Notes under the pieces: model-generated
Told to the model about the DNA's origin: nothing
Database searches by the model: none
What the model saw: the letters and a program-made list of their open reading frames with translations, nothing else
Program-made: the position numbers and the translations under genes
Shown: one piece after another, positions 28,099 through 39,533 of the stretch
Numbering within the stretch: position 1 is the first letter of the stretch
How the letters are laid out: each line of letters opens with the position of its first letter
NCBI GenBank assembly: GCA_051362555.1
Contig: CM120649.1
Span: 12,028,001-12,092,000 of the forward strand
DNA from: Lingula anatina
Lineage: Eukaryota; Animalia; Brachiopoda
Direction of reading: 5' to 3'
Length of the DNA stretch: 64,000 bases

Positions 28099-30507
28099 TT
28101 AAACCACGTGATCCTCCTCCTCCTTATCCTTGATCTCTTTTATCCAATCATGGATCTCCTGGATTACTTCTGGTGTCAGTCTGCGTGCGCTGTTCAGAGT
28201 GCCACCTGGAATTAGGATAACGACATGATATGTCAACAGAAGTTTAATTTCAAGGGTACGATTTAACAATATATTTAACTTTAAAACGTTAAGTTGATAC
28301 AAAAGAAATACAGAATGGTTGTCTGATGCACAATAGCAGACGAAAAAAGACAACTGAAACTTGTTCGAATATGTTCCGTTGTACCAGTAGATATACTAGC
28401 ACACAAATTCAATACATAAACCATTCAAAGAAAATGCTATTTACAAACCACTAAAGTATTAAGTTTTGGCCTCAGTTTATAGTTTTTCAAGATGAATTAA
28501 AAGTCAGGTCCTCGTCAACTGTCAGGTTCACCCTTTTGGTATCTTTTTTTACACAGAGTTTCGATACTCGTCTGAGTAATTGGATTCTTTGTCGCTGAGT
28601 TTTCTGGCTGCTGTTTGAATGGATCTTTCTCATTGGTTAGATCAGCCTAACGCGAGTTCGCTAGCATCCCGAATAACGAGAGCATCACTGTCCTGTTGAA
28701 GCTAATAATGTTCCAAACATTGGTGACAATGTGTTATCTTGGCAAAATCGCTGCTCCTAAAATCTTAAAGAAACAATACAAATACACACATAGCAATGAA
28801 GATATACAGTTTATTTACCTGGAATCACCCCCTTTCCGTGAATCCCGACCATCATCCAGTTAAAGTTGTCCCAGGTCCACACGGGAGAGCCGCTCTGCCC
28901 GGCTGCTGTGTCGGCTTCGTAATACAGGCGTGAACGGGAGGCGTACTTCAGTGGGCTGCCTGCGATCCACATAGTGCCTTGACAGAGAAACAAAAGTTAC
29001 AAATGCCCCCTACCGTGCAGTCTTTTAAGATAGAAATATTAAAATAGAAGTATAGGCCTATATATTCTACGTGGGCCTAAATTGTAAATTTATGATTGAA
29101 AGGGATAAAACTGGTCGGGATTGACACTGCCGACTGATATTCGTGACATTTTCATTTTCAGAATTGATTTTGTCTAAAACTGGCCTCTGTCTCTCTGATG
29201 TGTGTGATTCTAAAAACCCAGTTATTATTCCATTACCATTCGGTTTGTCTCCCGGGTATCCGCATATTTCTGCCAATCTCCCTTTCAACGCAGACGATGC
29301 CAAAAGATTATACCCAAAACCAAACGGCTTAGTAGAGATGCTGAATTCTTTTTTAGGAATCAAGATGAGGCCATAATCGTAGGTTGCAGCTTTTCGTTTC
29401 TTGTACAGGTCTGGTACCCGAAGATGAGTTGAATACACGCGGAAATGCCCGAAAGGTGCCGAAGATCCGTCACGTGCTGGATAGACGTCCACGTGATCGA
29501 TGTAACCCCGACGTGAGTGGTGGTAAATATTGTGGGCGCAAGTGAGGATTACACCGGGGGTGTTCCCTACATTGGAAAATGCACCAGTTCCCATGTAGAC
29601 CTCCCCATTTTGAGCGGTCATCTCCAGGTAGCATACCCAACTAAATAGAGAAAAATATGAAACCATGTCTTATCATTCGCATCAAAGCATGGCACAATTA
29701 AACGTGTCGTATATGTAGGTTTAGATCATGCTATACCATACCATTTACAAAGTAAAGCAACCAGGATTGAGATCTATATAACCGGAAGCTTGAAACTGAT
29801 TCTCCGTTTTGTTTCAAAAAGTCAGCCCACCAGGACCCACTTTCGTTCACGTAAAGTGAAGTGTTCTTACAGTATTTTTTTACATCAACATCCAAAACGT
29901 CATCAAATGAAAAGATCTGTATTAAACATTTTATAGCAAATGTAAACAACAAATACATAGAGACTGCCTCAGCTTGTACACTAAGAAATCCTAAAATTGT
30001 GGGAATTTCATCAAGGATAGCAACCCATGGTATCATCACGTGTGTGCTGTATGACGTCACTCACCAGTAAGGTGGAGACTTGCAGGGGGAAACTTGGAGT
30101 CGGTCGTCTGCCAATACAATGGTCTCTGGGATAATACGAGCATCTACGCCCCAGCGTTGAATGAGTGGTGACCCGTACTGAGCTTGCCTCAACAGATCGG
30201 CCGGAACTTCGTCATCAGTGACGTCATCTTCAACAATCGGCGTGAATTTACATGTCGTATACTGAGACTGCTTGGATTGCCACGAATCTGGGACGTCAGT
30301 TGGAGTAGATGAGAACGGCACATTCCTGTGTAACATTTGGAAGCCAACGGGATCGTGCAAGAACACGTCACTCCCGTTGGCGTGGTCTTGGTGGTGCCCA
30401 CGAGCGTGATGATGCCACAGAGGCCATTGACCCGACGATGGACGGGAGTGTCGCAAATGTCGGAAATGGGTTTCGTGTTGTCGTAATTGGGACTTCTCCG
30501 TCGTCAT
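28099..30507 (-). CDS. V8/glutamyl-endopeptidase-like (trypsin-fold) serine protease, 4 coding exons, 370 aa predicted
   Basis: Exons 30507-30065, 29640-29237, 28977-28819 and 28205-28099 have GT-AG junctions with consistent phases (1113 nt). Motifs: ETIVLADDRLQV, GTGAF, ILTCAHN (His), YDYGL (Asp), GYPGDK, DTAAGQSGSPV (Ser), VGIH, NSARRLT..IHDW. Confidence 0.88.
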
Positions 30508-31445
30508 GTTCGACCTATGGAAAAACAAATTGCAATTAAGTCGTTACTGTTATCAACCCTTCATTTATTATTTAGTTGGTTTTTAATTACTAAAATATCC
30601 CCAAGAAGTTTCATGACAGTCGAATAACCTCACAGCACGGACAGTAGGCCTACCTGTATGGAACTTTGCTATGTAGGCCTACTTGTATATCATATTCAGT
30701 TTAAATCCCGTGTCATAGGGCCTACATGTAGGGCCTACATTAAAAAAAACAGGCTAGGTGGCAACCACTGTAAATTAAGAAATGCGTAATGAAGTGATCA
30801 ATCCACGCTATACATATTTCAACCCCACTGCAAGTAAATACCAGTGAAATGAAGCCAATCGTGTAACATTGACAAACATACAAAACGCACGAATTCTTGA
30901 AAGTTGGGAAATTTTCTTTTTTGGAATTCAAAGGAGGTTTGGTATCCCATAATAATATTCGTGCTCACAAATCTGAGGGTCGAGTTCCCTTTTTGAGCAG
31001 ACGACAACATAGTCTTTCAATGATGCTTACATAGGCCTACCTGTACACGGAGTAGGCCCTACTACTTTCACTCTTGTTTGAACAAAACATTTTATTCGAC
31101 AAAGTTGCCAATGACTTTGAAAAGGCCTTAATGATACCCACACTAAAAAGGTAAGTGCCGTAACAAGCGTAATGGGATCTGTGGTGATATGGACGTTTTA
31201 AAGACAGTTTTCTCTCTCAATAGAACCCGTTACCAGCCAATATTTCGTCTGTTTGCAGTCAGACTTCATCAGGGAATGAGATTGTGATAGAAACCAGAGG
31301 GGATGATAGGTTGTCACATCTATCACAACCCCATTCCCTGATGAAGTCTTACTGCAAGCAGACGAAATATTAGCTGGTAAGACCAGACAAATATAAAGAG
31401 CTATAGACAAAAGAATCTTCACAAGTGATGATTGGATTTTCAATG

Positions 31446-31597
31446 CCCTCTACCAGGGCGAGTGATAGATTTTTTACAGATATTCACAGATATGTCTCTA
31501 GCTAGCTGGTCATTTAGGGCTCAACTCAGAGTGAATCTAGCTAGAGACATATCTGTGAATATCTGTAAACATCTATCACTCGCCCTGGTAGAGGGTA
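31446..31597. mobile_element. Palindromic MITE
   Basis: About 58-bp arms ccctctaccagggcgagtgatagat...gtctctagctag and their reverse complement, around a ~30-bp spacer. Confidence 0.75.
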
Positions 31598-32094
31598 GAT
31601 TTTCAAAGTGAGTAAAACGTATCCCAGCTGGACAGTTGTGACTGCATTTGTGACAGTGACCTATATGTTTCATTTTGGTGCTAGACGATGAATTATTTTT
31701 TATTTTTCCAGGAGAGTAAAACTTTGATACAAACTTCTTCACGTGGGACCTTGAAATAATCAAGCATGGTTTGCAATCTGTGCACTACATATTTTTAAGA
31801 GCATGCCCAGGACCTCAGCTGCACCTCTATTTTGGGCTTGGGTGTGTTGCGTACGTGACAGGTTAATCGTCTGCGTCACAATAAATCGTTATATATGCAC
31901 ACGCTTAGGCATTTACCTGTCCTGTCCTAGAATACGGCTCTTGTGACCTTCGGCACTATTTACCACGCAACTAGGCATGTCGAACGTGTCATCTACTAGC
32001 CCATCGAATTCGTCTGATCTTTGTCACGGCGACGATTTGAGCGAAAAGGTAAGGTAAGGAAATGAAAGCATTAGGTCTCCTTTTTGCATATACT

Positions 32095-32096
<2 letters not shown>

Positions 32097-32186
<90 letters not shown>
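32097..32186. repeat. (TA)n microsatellite
   Basis: Direct read; similar tracts at 3499-3542 and 33023-33093. Confidence 0.95.
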
Positions 32187-32189
<3 letters not shown>

Positions 32190-33020
32190 ACGTATATATA
32201 TATACTTGAAGTTGATGCCAAATTATTTATATGGTGTCGTATTCCAAATCCAGAGGTGTAAACAAAAGTGGGCCACGTGTTGAATGTTTGTGATTGGGAC
32301 ATTATAAGCATGGCCACAGTTACGTGGCAAGTGGCGTAAAATGTCCATTTAACAGGAAAACCAATGAACTGTATGTATGTATGCGCTGCAGGGCTAGATA
32401 AATGTTTAAGCACACTAAGCACGCACATGCTGTGTATAAGGTTCTTCGCGGTACAACATACAAGATACAGAAGGCTATTACATAACAGACGGATTGCAAA
32501 GACTGGGGATATTAAATCTTGGGTCACAGGTTGACACAGTCTTTTTCTTAGGGGAAATAAAAGAAGAAAAATAAAATGATAGAAAAAGATAATTTTATTA
32601 CTATATGTAGAGCACAGGGAATTTTATTACTATATGTAGAGCACAGGGATAGAAAACTTGGTTATGTCTTTTTTTCAGTTGTGAAATTTTATTTGTTTTA
32701 AAAGATGAAAGAAAAAGTTGAAAGGGGGTAGTTGCAAACCTCAAGTGAGACACGTCGGTCTCTTAAGTGGACCGCACAATGCATAAACAAATTAATCAGT
32801 CGGTCAGCCATAAAAGAGCTTTAAAATTGCACTTTCTATAAATTTGTGGTCGTAAGTATGACCTACTTATTCGCCCCTCCATCGTAAAAGTCCACCAAAC
32901 TGACGTAGTCACGTGCAGGGTATAGCTGGTGCGTGCGGAGTTATTCAAATGAGTTACCGAAAACTACTAAGGGTTATGCAGTTGTATTTAGCACTGAAAG
33001 AATGCAGAAAACACCCTTTC

Positions 33021-33102
<82 letters not shown>

Positions 33103-33956
33103 TTTGGGGGGGGGGGGGCATGAAACGATGCCACGTATTCCTTTAAGATATGCTATTTAAAACTTTATGATGGCATTTGGTCTGGTTTTATGACAGAAAT
33201 TTGACTTTAAATGCATTAATTTCTGTTAATGCAAAATTTCTATAATATAAAGAAAACAGTACATAAAGTGTAATCTGGAGTGAAATTTTCCTAAACTTCG
33301 TTTCTTTTAAAGCTTTGACTATCCATGACGTCAATCAGGACAGTCGATTGGGCCGCATGCGCATCCTAAAAGAGCTAATCACTCCAAAGTTGTCTTAGGT
33401 CCGAAAGGAGCAAAAATATAGTTCACCGTCCTGCACATGGTGTTTGAAAGGCAGCTTTGCAGGCACGTCTTATTAGCCATGGCCGGCTTCGAATCTACAA
33501 TATTTTTTTAATATTCTTAAAAGAAATAGGGCACACGTCTCTCAGGGTATCGTCTTACTGGCGTCATCGGAGCAGGGCACATCTGTTTTCCTAATTAATA
33601 ATGGGAGCCCCTTCACTCTTTATAATTACAAATCAGACGGTTTAGTCACGTCTGTTGGATCATTGTCGGTAGAATATATATATATATATATATATACCTT
33701 CTGCGCGCGCATTTTAAGGTGTTCACCAGGCGGTATGGTAAAACCAGTAATAAAAGGTTTGATTCCCGGTAATGTTTTAGCTGGAGTCAACTGTTACATA
33801 CATCGTAGCAATTGCAGCTTAGTAATGAAGCACTTGTCATGGTCAAGAGCGAAAATCCAAGCGTACGATGTCAATAATGAAGCAAAATAACAGATCGCAA
33901 GAAAACTTACCTTTACGCCCTGGCACTCGGCAAACAGAACGGCCTCTGAAGCGAAG

Positions 33957-34014
33957 TTATTTATAAACTTGACTACTCAGGAAAACAGATGTGCCCTGTA
34001 AATTACAGGTAATA
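33957..34014 (+). promoter_or_regulatory. Putative TATA box, short first exon and splice donor of the FolB/FolX-FolK gene
   Basis: tttataaa at about 33960 and CAG|GTAATA at 34008/34009; both are conserved in the duplicate (tttataaa ~40044, CAG|GTAAGA 40087/40088). A matching acceptor ttgttcattgcAG ends at 35092. Confidence 0.45.
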
Positions 34015-34785
34015 CGTCACGTGGTCGGGGGTTAACAAAATTACTCGGAAGAGCAGGCGATAACGGTAAATTTCGATAATTCATGGCAACCGGCATCGTT
34101 TTGTTCCGCGAGATCATGCTCAGCGCTTGCTCTGCAGGTGAGCAGTTGTGGCATCGGTTGCACGTGTGAAAAATATATTTTGAAATGTTTTGAGACCTCC
34201 CGATTCGTTAGAAATAAGCCGATAGCAGCACTCCAAGGTAGAACATACGAAACCTGATCTTACTGAAGACGGGTCAGAAACCTGTGTGCTATAAACTATC
34301 TGTGTGCGCCACCTTGATGCCGTTTGATTCTATTTCACTGCAGTTAGCAAATCGCTCCTACTTAACTCCAGTTTGATACTGGGAAGAATAGGCATCACAT
34401 CATATTTTGAGCCCCATTCCATCTGCGTTGTAATTCTGCCATTCACAATATCTGTTACTTGTACATGTACACTAAGATCTAATAAACGGTATATTAGATT
34501 TTAGTTGTACATCACGTACGTACCCAGCGTATATAGCTTAGACCCGAAAGATATTTAAAACTGAGCCGTGCTTTATTCAAACATACATAAAGTACATATA
34601 CATTAATTAACGGCAACAGTATATCCCTATTTGCTTTTAAGTCGCCATGACAAAAGCCCTTATAAATAACTTTTAATTTAAATGACAAGGTTTGTATAAA
34701 AATGCATATTCTGTAAAACTTAAGGACCAGTTCGGAATGAATTTTGTCGACCTAGCTATTGCGCACCAACACCACGCGGGAACAA

Positions 34786-34959
34786 GGGGGCGTCTCGATA
34801 GTCCGAAGGTTCATTGGTCCGAAGGTTCATTGGTCCGAAAAGTGGTAACATTTTCATCGATTTTTTAATCAAGGGTTCATTGGTCCGAAGGTTCTATAGT
34901 GAACATTCGGACCAATGAACTTTCGGACTATTGAACCTTCGGACTATCGCTACGGCCCC
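34786..34959. mobile_element. Young MITE (copy 1)
   Basis: Built from 15-bp ggttcattggtccga repeats in inverted arrangement; flanking direct repeat of 8-10 bp (gggaacaa); almost identical to 52715-52888. Confidence 0.85.
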
Positions 34960-35111
34960 GGGAACAAGATGAGACTTTTCAGTCTGTTAACTGGTTGCAT
35001 TCACCAAGAGATCCCGTGGAGAAGGTGTGCATAAGCTAGGTCGACAGATTTAAATAAGAAAGGCCCTTTAGCTTGTTACTTGTTCATTGCAGCTCCATTT
35101 CCGATTTAGAT

Positions 35112-36020
35112 ATGGCTACTATGGACAACCTGGATCTGATTGAAATCAAGAATCTCCGCCCGCGAGTACAGATCGGTATAAGTCCTCACGAGCTGGGCAA
35201 AAAACAGGAAGTAGTCATTAACCTGACCCTCGGCGTGGACATTCGGCGTGCCGCCGAGACAGACGACATCAACGACACGCTCAATTACAAAAATGTCACC
35301 AAAATGGTCCTCGAATACGCAGAATCAACCGATATCAATCTGGTAGAAAAACTTGCCGAAGATATCGCCAAAATTTGCATAGTTTGCTTCCGGGCACCGT
35401 GGGTACAAGTTGCCGCTGAGAAACCCCACGCCCTCAGGTTCACCGACTCTGTCGGGGTGAAAATTAGAAGGACATCGAAGGATTACCCACATCCCATTGT
35501 ATTTGTGTCACTTGGATCGAACATTAATCCGCTGCAAAACCTGAAAGCGGCCGTGGAGATCCTGAAAAGACGCACCACGCTTCTGAAGACGTCGAAAGTC
35601 TTCCTTACACCGCCTCAACTGGACACGAACCAGCCGCCGTTCCATAACATGGCTCTAAAACTTATACCGTGTGGAGATCCGGACACATTTAGGGGACTTC
35701 TAAAAGAAATTGAAGAAAATCTCTTACGAGTGCGTGACCCCTTGAATAAAAATGGGCCCCGTACCATTGATTTAGATATTGCACTTTGGGGTGACGTCAT
35801 TTTTGATAATGTTGACGTCACTAGTTTAGAGGGTAAGAGCGCACACCGGATTCCGGATCCCGATATTTTGAAGTTCGCCCACACGGTTGTCCCTCTTGCC
35901 GATGTATCCCCGGATTCGATTCATCCGGTTGTGAAGAAAACATTGCAAGAAATTGCTGTAGATGTTACCGGGCAGAGAAACTATTTGGATATATTTGAAA
36001 TTGTAGATTGCACGTTTTAA
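35112..36020 (+). CDS. folBK: Bifunctional dihydroneopterin aldolase/epimerase (FolB/FolX) - 6-hydroxymethyl-7,8-dihydropterin pyrophosphokinase (FolK/HPPK) fusion, 302 aa
   Basis: N-domain: IEIKNLR..IGISPHE..KQEVVINL..DDINDTLNY..LVEKLA..EKPHALRFTDSVGV (T-fold Glu/Tyr/Glu/Lys retained). C-domain: VFVSLGSNI, FHNMA, LKEIE..RVR, KNGPRTIDLDI, IPDP..VVPLADV. The ORF is uninterrupted. Confidence 0.93.
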   Translation: MATMDNLDLIEIKNLRPRVQIGISPHELGKKQEVVINLTLGVDIRRAAETDDINDTLNYKNVTKMVLEYAESTDINLVEKLAEDIAKICIVCFRAPWVQVAAEKPHALRFTDSVGVKIRRTSKDYPHPIVFVSLGSNINPLQNLKAAVEILKRRTTLLKTSKVFLTPPQLDTNQPPFHNMALKLIPCGDPDTFRGLLKEIEENLLRVRDPLNKNGPRTIDLDIALWGDVIFDNVDVTSLEGKSAHRIPDPDILKFAHTVVPLADVSPDSIHPVVKKTLQEIAVDVTGQRNYLDIFEIVDCTF

Positions 36021-36253
36021 AGACTATTCGAAGGGTGAACTGCTGGAAGATATTTTCTCGACCAAAAATGTTCGGAAACATGAAATTGTTTTCCAATAAT
36101 TAAAAAAAAACTATATAAATCTTTGGTGTTTATGAAAAAAAACGAACCAATAACAGGGGCGGATCCAGGATTATTTGAAGGGGGGGGGTCTGGAACGACA
36201 GACCTCGGGTGCAAACCGACCATCGCCCCCTAGACGTGGGGTTCGGGGGGTCA

Positions 36254-36375
36254 GACTATGACGCCGTTTTGGGCATAGACGAAGTGTAAGGGGGAGGGGA
36301 CTATCTCCCTTCCTTCAACGGGCAGTATATGGCAGCCTCGCACGTCACTGATTATCTGTAAGCAGTAGGGAAAGA
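36254..36375 (+). pseudogene. Degenerate 5' fragment of the NAT16-like gene
   Basis: gactatgacgccgttttgggcatagacgaagtgtaagggggaggggactatctccc... aligns by eye to about 43387-43534, with a TAC>TAA stop. Confidence 0.85.
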
Positions 36376-36744
36376 GAGTGGGTATCTGGCTTCATTGTTT
36401 CATGGATTTACATAACAGCTATGGATTTTTCAAAATATGGCACGAAATACATGTCGTGGACTATTTTGTGTATGCGTGTATGTTTTTTTTTAACAACCGG
36501 ATCTGTGGAGATATGGACGCTTTAACGACTGTTATCACGCTCATTAGGCCCCATTATTGCTAGAGGCCTTGTGATATACCCATTAACCCTGTTAAAGAGA
36601 TAATTTGTGGAAATTCGCTGTTGCGTGGCAGGTAAACCGTCAACTAAATGTTATCACCATATATCGCAACGTATGCCCACGCTCCCGTATTTACCTGTCC
36701 TGTCCTCGAATGCGGCCCTGTGACCAACCGCACTATTTAACACC

Positions 36745-36962
36745 CCATTTCCATAGATTTTTAGATCGATCTATCCCTGTGGGGAGTCTCACTAGATTAC
36801 TGTCAGCTTGGCCGGCTTAAGCGTCTGTCCCGCCTACTAAAAGCTGTAAGGTGGTAATTGACTTTGATGTCCGCTCGGCTGACTGCAATTTAGCCTGAAC
36901 CCCCAGGGAGTTAGGTCGATCTAAAACTTAATCCTTAGATCGATCTAAATCTCTGGGAAAGC
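36745..36962. mobile_element. MITE-like insertion
   Basis: Inverted ends ttccatagatttttagatcgatcta / tagatcgatctaaatctctgggaa; absent from the paralogous segment near 31960. Confidence 0.55.
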
Positions 36963-38416
36963 ACCCTAAGACTTGCCATGTGTTTTCATCCGTAGATCGA
37001 TCTAACAGGATCGGTCCATCTCCACGGGGTCCCTCGCCATAATAATCTCAGCCCGAGCAGCTTAGACGTCTGGGATGCTCACTAAAGTTGCTAAAGGAAT
37101 ATTAGTGACTTTCGTGAGCATCCCACTAAAGTAACGTTGCTGAAGGAAATTTAATTACTCCCTATGGGCCTCGTTCGATTCAAAGTTAGTACGATAGTCT
37201 GGGAATGGTCTCCAACACGCAACCGGACATGCCGAACATGAATAGTCATCTACTTGTAGTGCTACTTATAATCGGTGGATCCATTCCGAGCTACTACTCG
37301 TACGTCTTTGTTTCGAGTATCACAGAGCACTTGAAGCTTATTCCTGGACTACAGCAAGCAAATCGTCTCTGAGCAGCATCAGTAGATGTAAGTATTCAGA
37401 ATTCCCTTGTGTGTCAACATTGTTTGGAGAGTAATTCCCACATTTTAACGACATTGTTTTGTAACTTCTTGGCTTATTTTTTTTCTCAGGAGTATTTATG
37501 AGTCGATGTGGTATATAATTGGCATATAATAAATTGTTATTTTATATCAAGGCGAAACTTTTGATTCAGGCAGTTATATTATACCAAGATAATTAAAAAA
37601 ACTATAATATTGGGTTTAACGTTGAAACGGAGATCACAGCGTTTTGGCCTTATTAAAAGGTCTTCTTCAGGTGAGCTGGTTTTAAGTTGTCACCGGTGTC
37701 GTATGGTGACGTTCAGCGCGGGTTGTCTCACCGCGTCCGGTGTAACAGGAATGGAAGTCCGGGCTCCCATATGATATAAGTACAGGTGAGGGCTAGTTGG
37801 CGTATTGGGGTTACTATATGGCACGAGTGTCACTTGTACAAAGTAATGGGAAGCGGACTACGGTTCCTAGACTTGTAACACCTGTCCCACAGATGTGGTA
37901 GTTAGTGTATCAGGCCACCTTGCTTGTCGGACTTGCTGAGGTTGGACTGTTCAATCCGCTCATGATTGGCCATTTATGGATAAAAGTTAAAGACGGTCGA
38001 GAAAAGACCGTACACAAGAAGCCATGAAACGAAATAACCTCTTTTGACCAAAATTCAATTCGATTTTGTATTAAATGTATTCATTAATACTACATGCATA
38101 CTGTGCGATAAAAACTAAAAAGAGCCGATTGCAAGAGAAAGAAAACTTTAAAATAGAATCTCACTTCTTAACAACGGCGATTTGAGCGAAAAAGAAAGAA
38201 GGAAATGAGAAGTTTTATTTCACTGGTACGTTTTGCTATTGTCGGCATTAGGTCCCTTTTTTGGTTAACTTAAGTGTATTTGATGCCAAGTTATTTATAT
38301 GATGCCGTCGAAGTTAAACGTTGGAAATGGGGAACTGTTCATGCCCACAGTCATGTGACAAGCGGCAAAAATATCCATTAAATAAGGAAAACCAATGACG
38401 CGTGTGTATGCTTTGC

Positions 38417-38564
38417 AGGGCTGGGCCCGTAAGTCGAAAGCATTGCGCATTGCGACCGAGCGCAAGCGTCTCGATTCCATAACTCGCCCGTACTCGCTCC
38501 ATATAATACACTGTAGTCTCTATGTGATATCGCTGTTCGCGATGCTTCGAGTTACGGGGCCCTG
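38417..38564. mobile_element. MITE-like insertion
   Basis: Inverted ends gggcccgtaagtcgaaagcat / atgcttcgagttacggggccc; absent from the paralogous segment near 32390. Confidence 0.6.
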
Positions 38565-39096
38565 GTAATTAATGAATAAACATGTTTAAGCACACTAAGC
38601 ACGCACATGTTGTATAGAAGGCTCTTCGTGGTCTCTACATAATTGATGTGATATTTATGTCCGAGAGACGAAATAACGAGAGCCATACATGCCGTTTCGG
38701 TCCAGCATCTGTGAACCTTAATCACGTTTTATTCTCTACCAGAGATTTTTTACGTCAGGTGTCACAAAATGAAATATATTATTGTAATATATTTCAAAAG
38801 ACATCTTACACAATTTTGCACCATTTAAAATACCGATGGGAGAGACTAGGGCCTAGAAACACCTGAATATATAATGGTGACAATAGAAAATACGACAGTC
38901 CCACAGGCATTGGCTAACATCTTAGGCTACGCTCACAACCAAAGATCATACGCGGGCTAACAGATCTGCAGATCAAATATGTCTGACCCACTTGAAAGCT
39001 TGCTACGTTATCCCCGCAGGGAATCTTTTCAGTGTTTATTAGGGAAATAAACGGCAAGGTTTTAAGTCTGTCGCTTATTGATATGCGGAAGAGTTA

Positions 39097-39267
39097 GGCT
39101 GCATTCACAACAGCGGAGAACTAGCCCGAGGATCAAATATGGCCGACCCACTTGAATGCTTGTTGCGTAATCCTCACAGTGTCTGTTAGGGGATAAGACG
39201 GAAAGCTTTTAAGTGGGTCGCCATAATTGATCGGCGGTCTAGTTAGTCCGCTGTTATGAATGCGGCC
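39097..39267. mobile_element. PIF/Harbinger-like MITE
   Basis: TIR ggctgcattcacaacagcgga / tccgctgttatgaatgcggcc; a decayed partial copy lies just upstream (38945-39080). Confidence 0.6.
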
Positions 39268-39533
39268 TTCTGAAGTCAACATGCCAATCGTTAACCAAAT
39301 TTATCACTTGTTCAGTCACAGAGCTTTAAAACTGCATTTTGCGGTTGAAGATAACCTTTCTGCGCACGCGTTGTAAGGTGTTCAAAAGGCGGTATGGTAA
39401 AACCGGTAATATAAGGTTTTATGGTTTAACCGTCACATCCATTGCGAGTGCAGTTTAATAAGTAATTAATTAATAAATCTTGTCACGGCCAGGAACGAAA
39501 ATTCAAGCGTACGATGTGAATAATAAGTAGTAA

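Noticed and set aside
28650-28765. Alternative last exon for the protease
   Set aside because: Both candidate acceptors hit early stops without family motifs; 28205-28099 supplies the expected N-x-A-x-R-x-T..W C-terminal helix.
32024-33160. ORFs with IYIYIY runs
   Set aside because: Translations of (TA)n microsatellites.
34786-34959. CRISPR-like short repeats
   Set aside because: The repeats are adjacent or inverted with no unique spacers, there are no cas genes and the context is eukaryotic; it is a MITE.
35073-36020. Bacterial contamination as the explanation for folBK
   Set aside because: There is no operon or neighbouring bacterial genes, the flanks carry host MITEs shared with the GPALPP1-FNDC3 interval, and a diverged tandem paralog exists. 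It is not formally excluded without reads.
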